From: Sphagnum compactum
Taxonomy: Eukaryota
Assembly (NCBI GenBank): GCA_965153455.1
Contig: OZ234494.1
Span: forward strand, 7,254,001-7,318,000
DNA: 64,000 bases
Reading direction: 5' to 3'
Positions 52,545 to 64,000 of the stretch are shown piece after piece. A program made the position numbers and the translations under genes. Each line of letters starts with the position of its first letter. Position 1 is the stretch's first letter. The notes below the pieces were generated by a model. It ran no database searches and was not told where the DNA came from. It saw nothing but the letters and a program-made list of their open reading frames with translations.

Positions 52545-55500
52545 GACCAAACCGTCTTAGACATCATGGTTCAAACATAGGTCAAATCATACAATATTTA
52601 ATATAAGAAAAATGGTGAATAATAGTCGACATTGCAAGAACATGGCAAATCATGAAAATCCACAACATGATCTCAATATTAGCCATTTATGTTACTTGCA
52701 ATTTAGATAAAGCAAACACCGAGCTATTAAAGAGCCCCAAAGCAAAATGGAAAAAATGAAAAGAAAAACCCAATTGTAAATCTAGTGAGTCCAAGTGCTT
52801 TTGTTTTTGGCAACAGGTACAAAGCCTTTATTTTATTTTATTTTATTTTGGGAAAAATGGCACATTGTTGCCACATTATGAATAATTTTTTTTGAATTAG
52901 CCATATTTAGACAATAGCTTCTAGCATGTTGCCAACATATAGTATGATTCCGAAACTTTTCTTATTTTCTTTTCTAATATGTAGCCAAATTTTACAAAGT
53001 CCTCTTTTGGACGATTGCCAACCCACCTACCTCACAATTTTGAAAGAAAAAAAGTCACTGCTAGGGACCAAAATTTGGTAGCTAAAAATTTGCAAGGTCG
53101 ACATCATATCTTCTTGAGTTCAGATAGGTTGGGTGACACTAATCTTAGGTCAATTCAAAATAACCCCCTTTCCCCCCACCCTTTCAAAGAGGCAAAACTT
53201 TTCACATTCAACTTCACAATTAGTACGAGGGACAAGCTTTACTTAGTTACTCAAACCTGCATCAAACCAACCAACAAGTTGAAACTCCAAGAGCTAATCG
53301 AATTTAGTCACGTCTATGCAGGTGACCATATCTTCCAAATACGAGATCCAAACTGACGGACAAGAAGCCGCAAATTTGAGAGGCCAAAAAGAATGTTTGT
53401 CCTTATTGCATAGGTCAAAAAGAAATAACCTAACCTGGTACCAACTGGCAACCAACTAACCCTACCTACTTCACCGCTTCCTCAGGAAAGGTAAAAATAG
53501 GCGATACAAAGTCACAAACACAAAACCCTTTCGCCATGCACTGCAAATGGAGTAATTAGTAATTTCCCGGTACCTACGGCATAGAAATCGTCGACAATTT
53601 CGGTGTGGTAGGTGGAAAGTGGGATTACATAGCTTGACTTTTCTTTTACTTAAATGTGTATAATTGTCTTCACGTCCGATACGTTCGGAGCACTAATACG
53701 TTCCCAGGTGTATGGAACCCCCCGTTGAGAACGTCGCGACGGATGTTCCCATCTCCCACGTATGAGCTTGCGGTGTTGTGCAAGGCTGCCGCGCGCACTG
53801 TGTTTTTCTGCAGCCATGGTGTCTTCGCGCTCTAGCTATGGCTGCTCTTGCGTTCTTGTCATGTGCGTGTGCGTTTTTCTCACACTTATCGTCTCAGTCG
53901 CGGTTGCTGTTCCGGGATCAGGTAAAAATTTCTTTGGATTCTGGAACATTGTGCGCAGCACTATGTTATGCTATAATATTCGGTTACATGACTAGTCAGT
54001 TGTGCAGGGTTAGTCTTCTTTACTAAAACAATATTCCTGGTGCAGATCGGTTTGAGAGTAGCGATTCATGAGTCCTTTGCACGATGAAAGGCTTCGGCGT
54101 CTTATTTACTAAAAAAATATTGTCGCCGCAGATCGGTTTAAGCTTAGTGATTTCTTGAGTCCTTTGCACGATAAAAAAAGCTTCGGGGTGGCGAAGTTTC
54201 TTTTGCTACTAGTAAGCAATTGGTCTCCATTTTTGTAAGGAAATCCAGCTCCGGATAACTTCAACTCGGACTCCTCGTCTTTCTCCGTAAATTTAGATGT
54301 TCGATGCGTGAACTTTCTCTGTATGTTTGGCCCCCTGACGAACTTGTTTTCGCAGGGATCCTGCAAGATCCTCTTACATTCGAAGATTCTACTTACATCT
54401 GTTTGATTTTGGTGGCCACAGACTGATTCTTTGGTCGATGAAGCAGTAGCCTGCCGAGATCGTTGTATCCTGGTTAATTCCTCCAGGTTTATCGTTTGTC
54501 ATCATCATTTTATACTAATCTTTCCGTGTGTTGCTGGCAGACGTGACAAAAGGAGCGAAGAGGTATCATCTCCGCGGCGATCATCTGGTACGTTATGTAC
54601 GCTTCCTGTTCCACGAGAGAGATGCGAGAATAGTAATTTAACTCACGTTACAAGTTCGACATGTCCGACGTAATTACTACATTTTCATCCTGTAGTTATT
54701 GATCACGGTTAATTCGCGACGACGGTCATGCAGAAACCCGCGTACGATGTGGAGATGATTGGGGATATATCAAAAGAATCAGCGCCGATGATCACGGGTG
54801 TTGAGGTCCGGGCTCGCCGATTGGAGGAGATGATGGTCCAAGAAGGCCGAGAGACGCTGCAGATGACCAACGACTATGCATCAGGCAGCTGCACTGCATT
54901 TGCCAACTCAAAGCATGATCCCACTCCCAATTGTACTCCTTAGAGTTAAAATCTGAAGGAGCAGATTGATCAAGGAGCTGGACGTGCATCAAGGTACTCC
55001 TGCACTAGGAATTTCATGAGATTCGCATATACAACATAGTATTACTGTATGTACAACAGGAGAGTTTTCATCAGCGTAGTTTATGTTGTCAAACTTGCAG
55101 AATATTTGTGTCCAGCAAACTGAGATATTCAACAGCAGAGTTGTGTGTGAGCCGCAGCCGTTTGATCACATCACAGATCCACTGGACTGATCATCGGCAA
55201 TGAGAAGGTCTTTACCAGTGTTGGGGCGGGTACCTGGTTTGGATGGAGGGTTACAATCATTGGTTACGGTTAGTAAAATCCGAACTGGAACCAGGTCTGA
55301 TTTTTGGAACTGGTTCTCGAACTGGAACTGAAATGTGTCTCTTAGAAGAAGTCTATATTAGTGTTGGGCAGGAGGTACCTGGTTTGGAGGGTTACAATAA
55401 TAGTCCATTCGTGTTACTAAAATCCAACCTGATATTTGGAACCGACTTTAGAAGAAATGTACGTCTTTGAAGAAGTAAATGAGGTACCTCCCAAGTTCAA

Positions 55501-56599
55501 TTTTTTTCTTTTCGATGAGCAAAAAAAATGATTGGCCCATCAATCAAAAAAATGAAAGTATGGAGGCTCCCCAAAATAGAAGGTTCTATTTTGAAGTACA
55601 GAGTTCCTCCCCTTTGGCTCACATATTTATCTATGAAACAAGGTAATTTGTTTTGTTTTGTTTTGTCAGGCTGAGATCCCCGTAACCACTATGCTTTATG
55701 TCCCGCTCCTGCTGGTATCTTGAGAAAGCTCTAGATGAATGCATTGACTTGGTGACAAAGCTATTTGATTATCGAACCATTTTCTCAATGAAAACTAAAT
55801 AAAGTCAAAACTGAAAACTGTATGGAAATTTGAGGGCAGATTGAATAGAGTCTATTTCATAGTTTTCAGAGCTAAGGTGTGGAAGATATACTTTTTTGAG
55901 TGGATTTTGTTGCTGGAAATTCAAACACATTGCAAAAATTGGGTTTGAAAGGAAAAGTCAGTTGAGCACTCAATTTGGTCTCGCTTGGGCCATCTCGACA
56001 TGCTACAATAATAATATAGGTGAAAGGAGGACAACAGTTGCCAAAGCATATGGGATAAAAGTGAAGTGAGTTACTATTGGTAACTCTATGCTTTGATCCC
56101 TGGAAAAAGAAAAGAGAACGAAAAAAAAAGCTTGCAAGCGGAAAGTGAACAGTGGACAGTCCACCCTTCACACCAAACACAACTTGAAAAAAAAAATTAC
56201 CTCCCCCTCCCACTCACCCCTCACCCACAAGATAAAAAGGGAGGCCCCTTCACTCCATGACATGACTTCTCATTGGCTGGATGGTAATTATATTACTAAT
56301 ATTGGCTGCCACTATTTTTGGTCAGGACTAAAAGCCCTACGTTGCGACAAACTTTCTCAGCTGCCAAGCCAGATTCTTCTATCAATTTTAGAATTTTTCT
56401 TCAGCTACTTTGTTCAGAGCTGAATCTCCTACAGCCTGTTATTCACCGAACAACTAGACTGGCTTTAAACTTGTTAATTTCTTTTCTTCTTATATGTAAA
56501 TCATGTAATCTAATTTTGAAACATAAGAATCTGTCAGATACAGAATTGCAAGCTGCCAGCTGACTAAATTTGATCCATTTCATGACCACAGGTTGCGCT

Positions 56600-58730
56600 G
56601 CTTTAAAATAAATAAATGAATAATAAAGCAAAAACACCCAGCAAGCAAGAGAACAACAAAAGAAAAAAGAAAGGACTGAACTCCAAACAAAAGACCACAC
56701 CCAAAAGTGTAGAACGCACAATGGGGAGCCCTAAGAGAAGAAAACATGAAACCCAGGACCTAAACCCATCACCAGTAGCATGAAGCAAGTCTTGCAAGGA
56801 GATGGGCGAAAAACCTAGAAGGACACCAAGCCTAGAAGAGGCCTTGCTTGCTAGCACAACTGCTCGACACAAGATAGTGGTGGTTTGAACTCTCTAAAAA
56901 GCCAATGACACCCTCTGCTTATAAAATGAACGTATAATCGAAAGAAAAGGACCTCTAGAGCCCTTTACTAAGCATATCATGTTGGCACATTGATGAAGGA
57001 AATCATTCGCTTGTTGGTGTAAAAATACAAATATCTTTACTATTAGAGAGATGAAATCATCCTCAGGACGTCGGTTGCGATATGACACAACTTTTGCTTG
57101 AGTTGTAATCGTCACATCCACCTTTTGGGAAGAAGAAATTCCAAAAACAAGATCTACACGAATCGAGTTAGCATCATGTGTGGCCGTGCGCTTTCCCCCA
57201 TGAGCACAACGAAGTAAATGTATCCTTCTTGGATCTATGGCTTGGCCGCATATGCATCGAGAAAGCGATGGGGGAAGCCCAATTTAGTGTGTAGTGTTGA
57301 GAAAAAAATGTTAAAGGCCATCGTAAAATATGAAATGATTGGGCGGGTAGAAATCCAAGCACGTGAACATGGGCCTGCACAAAATCTCAACCGAATGTGA
57401 TGACAATCTGAAGACTACCTTAAGATGATGCTAGAAAATGAGTGCTTGTGCACGTTCTCTAAAAAGATTTCCTAAAGAGAATCCATTTTTCTTTTTGATA
57501 CTTGCTCAAATGGTGGGATGGAAGCTTAAGCAGTTAGAGGTAGAAGGTGATGAGCCCATTTAAAGTGAACCTAGAATAGAAGTGGACTTGAACTATTGGC
57601 CTTAGTAACCCCCAATAAAAATGGGCGGTTGTCCTGCAAAAATTTGGATGTGATGATTGGGGCAATAAACCCCCAATTCCCTGAGTATGTTGTTGAGGCG
57701 ATAACCTCCGCAAAAACAAGACCTACCCCACCCCTAGAGATGGAAAAAAGGTTTATCAACAAACTAGGGGAGCTTTTAAACACTCCAAAGAGCTTGGCCC
57801 TAAGAATCTCCCAAATATGCAAATGAGAGTCGAATAAAAAAAGGTAAGTTTGCACTGAGAATCCAAAAGTGGGAAAAATAATGAAGAAGATAATAAGGCC
57901 TTTATGCGAAACAATGAATGAGAATCCCAAATGCCACCTACACATCCCTAACCTAGGAAGGGCATCTATGTGTTGAACATTATCATCCAAAACGTCATGG
58001 GGAAAAGAAGAAGTGAAAGAAAGGGACCCCAAGGGAACACCCAAAACCTTAATGCCCCCAATAGGGGTAATAAAAACCTGATGGAAGCAACCGCGAAGTA
58101 GACCAAACAACACATTTACGAAGTTAAACTGCAAGGCCTACCAAATCTAATTGGGAAGAAAAATGATGAAAAACCTAAGAGACAACAAAAACATGCCCAA
58201 TGATGTGTCTTTCATCTACAATGGAAGGAAACAAACAAGATGGGAAAAGGGTAGTCGAATTATGAAATGCACGGAAATGAGTTAGGGCAAAAAGAGGACC
58301 ACCTAAAGGATCCCCTTGACAAGTACCAATGGAGGGACTGAAAAACAAACAAATGGCCTTGAGGGAAGTGGTGACTAAAAAAACAAGGAGTTAGGGAGCA
58401 TAGAAGGAACGAATGAAAGGTATGAGTTGAAATAATCACCCATTTGCCACATGCAACTCTTGGAATATAACCCTACAAGAAACAATGTTAAAGGCATTTG
58501 CAATGTCTACCTACAACACCACCCAATCAAGGTGAACATCTAAAGCTACCCGAATACCATGCACCACTGCCTCATAGCCTCCCCAAACTGGTAGCAGCAA
58601 ATGCATTACAAAACTAAACGCAAAGGGTCCTATTCACCAATTGATTTAAAGAATCTCACCTATTGCTATTAACTAACTGCCACTAAAAGGCTTGGCCAAA
58701 GCTAACAGCCTGGTAACACTACGGGCCTTA
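56600..58730 (-). mobile_element. Degenerate CRE-like non-LTR retrotransposon (RT, Cys/His motif, restriction-like endonuclease, 3' UTR)
   Basis: Minus-strand RT motifs RLLALAKP, IAIGE, VDIANAFN, QGDPLGGPLFAL and GIKVLGVPLGS. C-terminal RLE-like segment DVTIT..KVVSY..DDFISL..LHQQANDFL..YKQRVSLAF. Many stops and frameshifts. Confidence 0.8.
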
Positions 58731-61700
58731 GTTATATGAAGAGGTGTGATCAAAATCAAATGAGCCAATGGTGATGAAGGACTCAAGGATTGCAATCCGT
58801 TTTGTGGTCATTTTCACTTTTTCATAAAAAGGACTTTTGGGATGAATTTTTTTGCAATATGTTACTAAAAATACATATAATATTTTCAATACATCACATT
58901 TGTTTTATTAACTTTTCATGAATAACTAAGAAGTTTTTTTAAATGTACAAATTTTACCAAATTATGCGTTTCATTTTCAATTTTTATCTTAATTTCAAAT
59001 TTTATGAAAATATGTTAATTATTTAATTTTTTATTTTATTGTTTCATAAACTACAACTTTGTTTTAAATGTCATGGACATTACACCCCATTTACATGTGG
59101 TAAAGGACTCTTGAAAATTTGAAATTTAGTTCAATAAATTTTTAAAATTTTAAAATTTCACAACTTCCAAATTGTGAGTGTTTTTGAGTGTGGATAATCA
59201 ATTAACATCATCTCAAAAAAAATTCATCAAATTTTTTTTATAAAGAGATTCTTTAACTTAATAATTTACAAAATTGACTATTTTTTATACAATTGTTGTT
59301 CAAGTTCAAATGTCTTTTATTAAAACCAAAACTCAAAAAAAAAAATTGAATTTTTTTTTGAATTCTTCAGCATTCATAATTAGTCATTTAGCATTACATT
59401 CCATGATTAACATGGCATTAAAGTGACACCACAAAAATATATCTAACAAAATTACAGTTTTTATAGACATTTAATAATCACCTAACATGTTTTTTGGTTC
59501 ATTTCATTGTGATTGCACTCAAAGTAGTTAATACCTATGGGTTAGCACTACTTATTATCTACCTGCCTATTATGTACTACATACATACCTACCTACCTAC
59601 TAGATAAAGGTAGTACATACCTACTTAATTACCTACTACGTATTTAATACTAAATACTTACCTACCTACTTACAATTTATTATTAGGTTTAGGTACTACT
59701 TACTTATTACTTACCAAAACTAGGTACCTACTAGGTTACTAGGTAGGTTTTAAGTTATTAGGTAAGTACCTAGGTACCTAACTTATAAAATAGGTTAGAA
59801 AAACATGTTTATGTCAATATGGTGAAAATTTTTGTCATGTAAAAATCATGTGGTGCAATGGTTAAATGTGGGTTAAGGATTTCTACCTTCAATGTGGAGG
59901 TGACGGGTTCAAGTCCTCACATTTGCAACTTAGTGAACTAGCTTAATTAGTTTAGCTTGTTAGCTAAGTTAGCCTACATTCCTAGGTAGGTTAGGGCATA
60001 CATTCCTAATATATAGGCTAGGTTTTTTGCCTTTCTACCATGTGTTTACATGCCACGTGTTTACATGGCATTGGTGGAGAACATATTTATTTCATATTTA
60101 ATGAATTATATCCAACAGCCATAATTTATGGATTTCATCAAGCACTGATGACCTCCATGACTTTATAATTACAAAGGCATAGTTGTAAATTGTCTTGCGA
60201 TTAAGGCACATTAACGACTAGGTGTCCTAAATGACGTCCTTTTCGATTACACAGTCATGTAGTCATAGACGTCTTCCATGACTAACAACATAGTCATAAA
60301 TCAAGTTGCAAAAGACAATTTTTCTTGTACTGTACAATCAATGATAAATTTTCCATGAAATTTTACACACATAAAATAAACCATAAAAACCAATTTTCCC
60401 ATCAAAGTTTTCAATTTTTAATTCATGAGGTTGTGGAATTTAGATAGAATGATTTTAAAATGTTCATTAGTACATTTTGTTGATGATTATGATTTTTTTC
60501 GGTTGAAAAATGTTCTTCCATTGAAGATTTATTTGGGCTAAGTGTTTTTGTAATCATTTGACAAAAATAAGATGAAGTTTTGAAAAAAATTTAAATGAAA
60601 AATTGTTGTCAAATAAGGGTTTTCTAAAAACCTTTATTGAATTACTGGTGTAAATTTACACAAATGTACAATTATGTGTCAATTTCATATTCATGATTCT
60701 TGTGACTTCTTTTAATTTTGAAGCCCAAATAAGTTATATTTGATCTGTAAAATAATTCAAAGTGAGTGAAATCTTATGTGTTGTGACTTTTGATATTATA
60801 TGTAGTTCTAAATTTCCTTCAAATTGTGTACATCGTAGTGTGCATTCACCCCATCACATGTCATTTCATGGCATGGGCCATTTTACCATCTCATGAGCTA
60901 GGCACATAACTTACAACCATTTCAAAGTGGGTGCCAAGGAGGGATTGTGGATTTATTACATTATAGGGATGTTAGATATATTTAATATTGCAATGGTTTT
61001 GTAGGTGTCAATGCCATCCTAGTTGTCATGTGTATTAAAGGTTGGCAAGTTTGTGTGAACTTTAGAGGGGCAATTTGGAAATGCCAGTGGGACAACTTTT
61101 AAATGTTCAACAAAATGTAATTGACTACATAGGACTAAGGAGTTTTTTTTAGACCAATGGGGTTGTTGAATATGGTTGTTTGAATTTGTTATTTTAACCA
61201 TGCTTGAATTAACACACAATTTATGTGTAAGTACTATTTACAAACATGGGTTTACCCTTGATCCCTTTTGTACTTTGTTTATCTTAGCAATCCACAAGTG
61301 TGTATTTTCCTTGAGTTTAATTGGCACCATGTCAGTTTCACTTGGATTCCACTCACACTTAGGTTGCATTGCACCCAAATTCCACATAGATTCATGTAGG
61401 TTATGGATATGTTAGGATAAAATGTGCATAGGCCCTAGCATTGTAATCTTAATATATTATTTGTCTCCTATGTCCATTTCTTTGTTGAAGTAGGCATTTA
61501 GGGCCTATTCATGGTGGCCGTAGAAACTAGTTATTCTTTCATAGTTCACATCACCATTGGTTTTTGCACTTTTTCTCAATATGTATGACTATTCAATGAA
61601 CTTGTTTTGACATCGGGATAGAGTCCTTCCATTGCACCTATAAATTTCAATATTGGATTCTAAGTGGATGTCATACGTACATAATTATGTGAACCTCTGA

Positions 61701-64000
61701 ATGCTACCACATGTGAAACATGCCTGGTTGCATTTTTTATAGTCAATTTTTATCTCATTCTTCTTGTGGGGTTCTCTTTATGGTCCCTTTCGTTTGTTCC
61801 ATTTAATTCCATAAAATAATGGGGTTCTAAGCTTTTGTTCCAAGGTTGTTTTGAGTAGTAGAAACAATGGTCAACTTTTTAAATTATGTATGTTGTGTCA
61901 TCATTGGTCTTCATGGGTCATGTACATGTTCATGTGGTCTAGTCTTCAAGTGATCATGGATGCATGAATTTTAATCTTATAATATCGGCCTTATGATTTC
62001 TGGTCTTCTAATATATGGCATTTAGTTTCTTAATACCCATGAATGTCAGATGTAGTTTTCATACTAGGATCATTGAATCTTCCCATTGGGCTTGGAAATG
62101 CCACATATATTCCAAAGATTTGATTTCAATATCATATCCTTAAACATTGCCTTATAATGAACATTTCCTTTCATGCAACTAAACTTTTTTTTGCACGTTG
62201 TGCCATGAAAAAATGAACTAGATGTCTTATTGGAACCTAGACTCTTTACACCATATTATCATACCCTTCATTGACCTACCCCTTCATGGTAGTCCATTTT
62301 GGTTGATTGCATAACCCCTGACCTAAAGTCAGTGCATTAAAATGCATCAAGATGTAAATGATTTAAACCTTAATTTGATGGACATATATCCTCAGATTGC
62401 TCCAAGTTTATTTTTTGTAGTTTAAAGCCTCCATCCATTGTTATGCTCTGATGCATATAGGTCTATCAACTAGTGTTTGGATAGATCATAATCAAGATAA
62501 ACAAAGAAAATAGAATAAACCAACTACCTTTCATATATATGTTGCCTCACATTCAACAACCGAGAACCAATACAAAGGGCTTAAGCTCCTTTACTACAAA
62601 GGACATGCCGCTTTCTACACTTGGATATTCAAGGAAAACACATTCAACATATACCTAGCCTATGAAGGATTCCTTATTTATTCATGGGATTTAGCCAAAT
62701 TTTACATTAACCTAAAAAAATTTGTAAAATAGTACCTAAGTTGTAAGTTTGTGGGCATCATCCACCATGGTGCCCTTTACCAAGACATGACTGATATTTG
62801 GTATGCATGAAAGGTAGGTATTGAAACCAACCTATGCATGGTGTATGCATGATGTTTGCATGTTCCATTTCTCCACACCAAAATATTTTCCTTCTTGAAA
62901 AATTATATGTTTTACATACACAAAACCATGGGATTTGTGGTCAATAGCCTCTAGGTTATTTTGGATTTGTTTGATACATTTTATCATATTGGTTCTATTT
63001 GGATTTAATTTCTAGCCAATTAATTAATCATTTTGGTTCATTTAGAGGATTTGGCGAATATGATTTTTTCTTAAGGTGTAGTTGTTTATCCAATTTTTTG
63101 TGGTATTAGATGTGCAATCTAACCTATATCCATACATTTATTATCCATTAATTGAATCCTAATATGTGTGCCACCTATTGTGTTTGAAAATTCTTTTTTA
63201 TGAAATTTGTTTTTGGCAAAAGGACCTCAAAAAGGACAATAGTCCTACATGCAAAGTAAACAAATTGGTTTGTTAAATGTCGTTTGGATCGACATTTCAA
63301 CTTGTACATTTATATCTACACTTACATGAAATGTAAATCCTAAAATATATATACATACGACATTAATTTGTATTTTGCAAAATTCCCAAAAAATAATTTT
63401 CAAATATAATTGTTGCCAATAAAATTCAAACCCTATCCAACCTATTTTCTTCCCACCAACACCATAGGAAAATCATGTCCACAATGACTTCATTGCCCTA
63501 GAATTATGCAACTTATGTGCAGCTATGTTGCAACTTATATTCATGTTGATATGAGGGGAGGCAAGGGGTTCAAACCTTCACACTTACACCATAAGTTGAT
63601 AAGTTAAATTGGCTAGGTGGCCTAAGTTATTTAAATAACCTAACTTAGGTTCTTAATTTACTAATAATGATTTAGCTATGAATTCACAAATCCCTATTCA
63701 TTAAAGGGTTGGCCACTTTCACCTTAATAATTTTTTATAGTTCATTCAAAATTAAATAAAACGTAGAGTGAACACATATTGATGTAGTGCTACAATATTT
63801 ATTGTTCCTTTGAATATAATTATGAACATTGTGTTTCTTTAGGTATTTTGCATGTTGTATGTAATAATATTTTTGCATCGATTGGAAATTTGCCCATGTC
63901 AATTAAACTTGTAGACATTGTCACACCTTTTGAAACAATGGGAAAAAATTATGTTGTAGCGTTTTTAAATGATAAGCTCCAACAACGAAAAATGTGATGG

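Noticed and set aside
60900-63000. Possible decayed transposase (likewise 49460-50230 and 33900-35250)
   Set aside because: Coding-like texture, but no motif I can assign with confidence.

Overview
AT-rich, repeat-dense nuclear DNA from a land plant. The intron style, gene families and repeat landscape suggest a bryophyte, probably Sphagnum-like (inference). Two intact genes are supported: a two-exon Exo70 exocyst subunit (minus strand, 18182-20455) and a nine-exon class-3 lipase (plus strand, 44473-48943). The rest is mostly transposon debris: a decayed Helentron/Helitron Rep-helicase, CRE-like RLE non-LTR retroelements, hAT remnants including a clean hAT MITE, and many dispersed and tandem repeats. 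A 25.9-33.3 kb cluster carries co-oriented, dead host-gene fragments (MTP6-like CDF transporter, organellar IF2, PABN, amidase), and there is a 71-bp SSU rRNA fragment. The most notable observation is a Penelope-like retroelement family present as two 5'-truncated copies. Each has a perfect 11-12 bp target-site duplication, they share one tail-less hairpin 3' end, and the RT ORF ends without a C-terminal GIY-YIG domain, as in Naiad/Chlamys-type elements. All homology calls come from motif recognition by eye; no searches were run.
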